Positions 50,476-51,219 of a stretch of 51,219 bases of DNA are shown here, one piece after another. Position numbers and translations under genes: made by a program. Each line of letters begins with the position of its first letter. Position 1 is the first letter of the stretch. Source of the DNA: Phoronis australis (taxonomy: Eukaryota > Animalia > Phoronida); the NCBI GenBank assembly GCA_002633005.1, contig NMRA01001131.1, positions 1 through 51,219 of the forward strand. Reading direction: 5' to 3'. Below the pieces are notes generated by a model that was not told the origin of the DNA, made no database searches, and worked only from the letters and a program-made list of their open reading frames with translations.

Positions 50476-51219
50476 CTGCCACTAGGAGGCGCCACAGTAG
50501 TCCAAATCGTCTGAAAATCATTGTCAGCTGTCTTCCTTATAGTAAGCACATGCACAGCAATTTTCACAATCATCCTTTGAGCGGTTTGGTTGATAGAGGG
50601 GTGCGACGCAAAAATACAAACTCGAAAACAGTAAAAATGGCCACTAGGTGGTGCAAACTATGTCGAATCCATCTGAAAATGGGAGGATAGCGTCATCTCA
50701 CTAATAGGTGCCTACATACCAAAATTTCATGAAAATCCGTTCAGGACTTTTGAAGATACAAACGTAAGCGTAAAAAACTAAAATTGCCACTAGGGGGCAC
50801 ACCGGTACTCGGATCCGTCCAAAAGTCGTCATCTTTCGTTGTTAACATCATATAAATATACTTACACATTTTCGTAAAGATCCTGCAAACGGTTTAGGAG
50901 ATACAGCCATAGGGGCAAAAAAACAAAACTGCCACTAGGAGGCGCCACAGTAGTCGAAATCGTCGGAAAATCATCATCAACCGTCCTCTACATAGTAAGC
51001 ATATACACGCCAATTTTCACAATCATCCTTTGAGCGGTTTGGTTGATAGAGAGGTGGAAGCACAAAAACAGAGTCGAAAACACTGAAAATGGCCACTAAG
51101 TGGCGCAAACTATGTCGAATCCATCTGGAAATGGCAGGATACAATCATCTCACTAATAGGTGCCAACATACCAACTTTCATGAAAATTCGTTCAGGACTT
51201 TTGAAGATACAAAGGTAAG
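50476..51219. repeat. Higher-order tandem repeat (453-bp period, three ~150-bp subunits), probably Helitron/Helentron-associated
   Basis: The unit start recurs at 50476 and 50929; CCACTA motifs at 50479, 50641, 50787, 50932 and 51093; ccaa..ttcatgaaaat motif. The family assignment is inference. Confidence 0.85.

Overview
This is eukaryotic genomic DNA, probably from a marine invertebrate (inferred from the repeat families). The window lies inside one minus-strand, intron-rich ABCC/MRP1-like ABC transporter gene. I traced 21 GT-AG exons from about 47525 down to 1608 that splice into one open frame of roughly 1,140 codons (TMD1, NBD1, linker, TMD2, first part of NBD2). The N-terminal and last exons were not found. 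The introns hold many mobile elements: two Kolobok DNA-transposon families with TTAA target duplications (family A keeps a THAP transposase remnant and a convergent KolX/P2X7-ballast-like ORF), a DIRS remnant, two RTE-X-like LINE fragments, a HERO-like fragment, a BEL/Pao integrase fragment, several MITEs, a tRNA-derived head and a higher-order tandem repeat with CTCF-like motifs. The most unusual structures are an 8.1-kb interrupted palindrome (about 1.9-kb arms) with two unrelated retrotransposons at mirror-equivalent sites, a Kolobok lineage built from two copies of the same transposase-start end, and long inverted repeats whose symmetry runs through TTAA|AGG junctions. I found no convincing intact novel protein-coding system. 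All alignments were done by eye.
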